DNA from: Octopus sinensis
Lineage: Eukaryota
Length of the DNA stretch: 64,000 nt
Assembly: GCF_006345805.1 (NCBI RefSeq)
Contig: NC_043010.1
Location: 63,736,001 to 63,800,000 of the forward strand
Direction: 5' to 3'
Part shown: positions 61,998 to 64,000 of the stretch, piece after piece
Numbering within the stretch: position 1 is the stretch's first letter
Layout: the number at the start of each line of letters is the position of its first letter
Position numbers and translations under genes: made by a program
Notes under the pieces: model-generated
The model's database searches: none
Told to the model about the DNA's origin: nothing
What the model saw: the letters and a program-made list of their open reading frames with translations, nothing else

Positions 61998-63229
61998 TTA
62001 CTAAATAAGCAGTAGTATGCCTACCTTCTTAAATAAACATTTAAGAAGGTAGGTATACTACAATGTGCTTATTGATAAGCCAATACGGGAGCCTTTGAGT
62101 GGTGGTTAGACCTACTAGATTTAGCAACCAATTTTCCAAAAACCAATCAATATATCGTTAAGGTATGTCATGTTAGAAACTATTTCTTGCCAGGGTTTGT
62201 CAGCTTTATTGAGGCATAAATACCAATTCTTTAGTCGAATGAACATGAAATTCAATTTTGCAGCTAAATGGCTAACAAAGACATATTGGGTCATAAAAAT
62301 GGGATGGTCACTGCTGGAAGACCTTTGATCAAAGGTCTTCCTGCAGTGAACTTCATGGCTGACCAAAGTTTAAACAACAACAATCCTGCTAAAAGATTGT
62401 TATCATTATAAAAAAAGGACTGAAAATAGAGGAACTTTTCAATTTCTATGCTGTTTTAGATACAAGAGAAGATGAAATGTACACTTGATTGTGTTTCATA
62501 CCTTTCAATGGCGACAATTATGTGGAGGGTGAAGAAGTTAATAAGTATTTTGTCATGGAACGTTGCAGGAATGCAAGAAGTAATGTTTCTTTTTGATATA
62601 AAGTCATCGACATTTCGTACGAGTTGGATGAAATTGCAAATTACAAGGGAGACAATCACAGTTCTTGTTCTTAACTGAGTAATTACGTGACAGGCAGCAG
62701 GGGAGTGAAGTGGTTGTGATATTCATTCCAGCTCTTTACATTCTGAGGTCAAACTTTGTCTTTCATCCATCCAGGGTCAATAGGGTGCTGGTCAAGGGCT
62801 GTGAACTGGAGAAATCTTTAGAGCACTGGATAGGATGTCTTGAGTATTTGTTTCAGCCTTTGTGTTCTCAGTTCAAATCTTGGGTGGAAGACTTATTCTG
62901 ATCATTGCAGCATAGCGAGGCTTTAATAGAGTCCTCTCTGTTGCAAGTATTTCAATCAAATCTTTGGTTAAAGGATACATTTCTCCACCCTTTTTGTGAG
63001 GCTTTGTAAAGGGACATAGTCACTATGTTCCCTATTCACTAACTGATGACAGCAAATATAAAAATTCAGTCATAAATACTAATTTGCAACAGTGGCATAG
63101 TCCTTAGCCTGTTTTTGCGGGGAAGCAGAGAATCCTATTGTTGTGGTAAACTCCTGACACCCCTGTGGGATAGCAAGTGAACTGTCCTAAACTTTATAAA
63201 GGTGCATGCATACTGACAGCGTGAGATAC

Positions 63230-64000
63230 AGAGTGGTGTATGCATTTGCATTTGTGAAGGCAGTCGTAGAAGTTGAGAAGAGATATAAGTTTGTTACTGA
63301 TTTAGAAAAAGAGTAGCCTCACATATACAACCGATTGCAGCGCTGGGGGTGGGGTGATCCTGCTAAATTATGACTTAAGATGGAATTTCTACCATCGAAA
63401 AAACTGGGACATACAGATGGGCTGTCAAGAACGATACCTAAATACAGTGAACCATTAGAGGACACAGTAATAGTAGTAATAGTAGTTCGCGAACTACCTG
63501 TTACTTTAGAGGAAATAAAAAATAAAAATCGGAGAAGGATGTGTTCAGAATAAAAATGCAAAAAATAGTGAAGTCAGAAACAAATACAAAAATTCACATA
63601 ACTGAGTGTAACAGTTTCGAAATGGAATTCGATGGGTGATAAAGTACTTATGTATGCTCAGAGGATTGTAATACCTGTTTGTTTGCAAAATCATATGCTA
63701 AAAGAATTCCACATGGGACATCCAGGAATCTTGAGGATGGAAACACTGATGACGAGCTACATCTACTGTTTGAATATGGATCAGGATATTGAAAAATTGG
63801 TGAAAGCCTGCAGGGGTTGTGCCCTGGCAGCAAAAGCACCACCAACAAAAATTCAGCCTTGGCCCAAGACAGACATACCTTGGTCCAGATTACACATAGA
63901 CTTTGCAGGACTGTTAAATGGAGGGTATTATCTAATAGTTGTGGGTAGTTAAATGAAATGGCTAGAAATATGTAAACGTAGGAAGTCAACCTCCAAAGTA
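63230..64000 (+). mobile_element. Gypsy-type LTR retrotransposon pol relic (RNase H end, integrase zinc-binding domain and start of the catalytic core)
   Basis: RLQRW...HTDGLSR, then RIVIP...HMGHPG...CRGC...PWSRLHIDFAG. Runs off the end of the window. Confidence 0.85.

Overview
AT-rich eukaryotic (animal) genomic DNA, very probably an octopus. This is inferred from the extreme (TA)n/(TG)n microsatellite load, three tRNA-derived SINE families resembling the Octopus OK/OR SINEs, RTE and mariner debris, and a multi-finger C2H2 gene. The only confident host gene is a C2H2 zinc-finger CDS encoded in one uninterrupted ORF (39099-41441, +; 13 canonical fingers plus one CCHC-like finger). Candidate upstream exons and a promoter lie near 30 kb. 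Most of the rest is transposon-derived: CR1, RTE-X and RTE-BovB LINE fragments, three mariner relics, TTAA (piggyBac-type), hAT and Merlin-like MITEs, Helitron-like pieces, Penelope-like ends and a Gypsy pol fragment. Nearly all long ORFs in the track (YI/CV-rich) are microsatellite translations. The best leads are: (1) a 154-bp inverted repeat at 24961-25312 carrying a complete type I hammerhead ribozyme on each strand; (2) a young chimeric copy of the zinc-finger gene lodged at the centre of an old palindrome; (3) SINEs flanked by 154-bp and 56-bp direct repeats; (4) an orientation switch among RTE 3' ends. All alignments and folds were done by eye and need computational confirmation.
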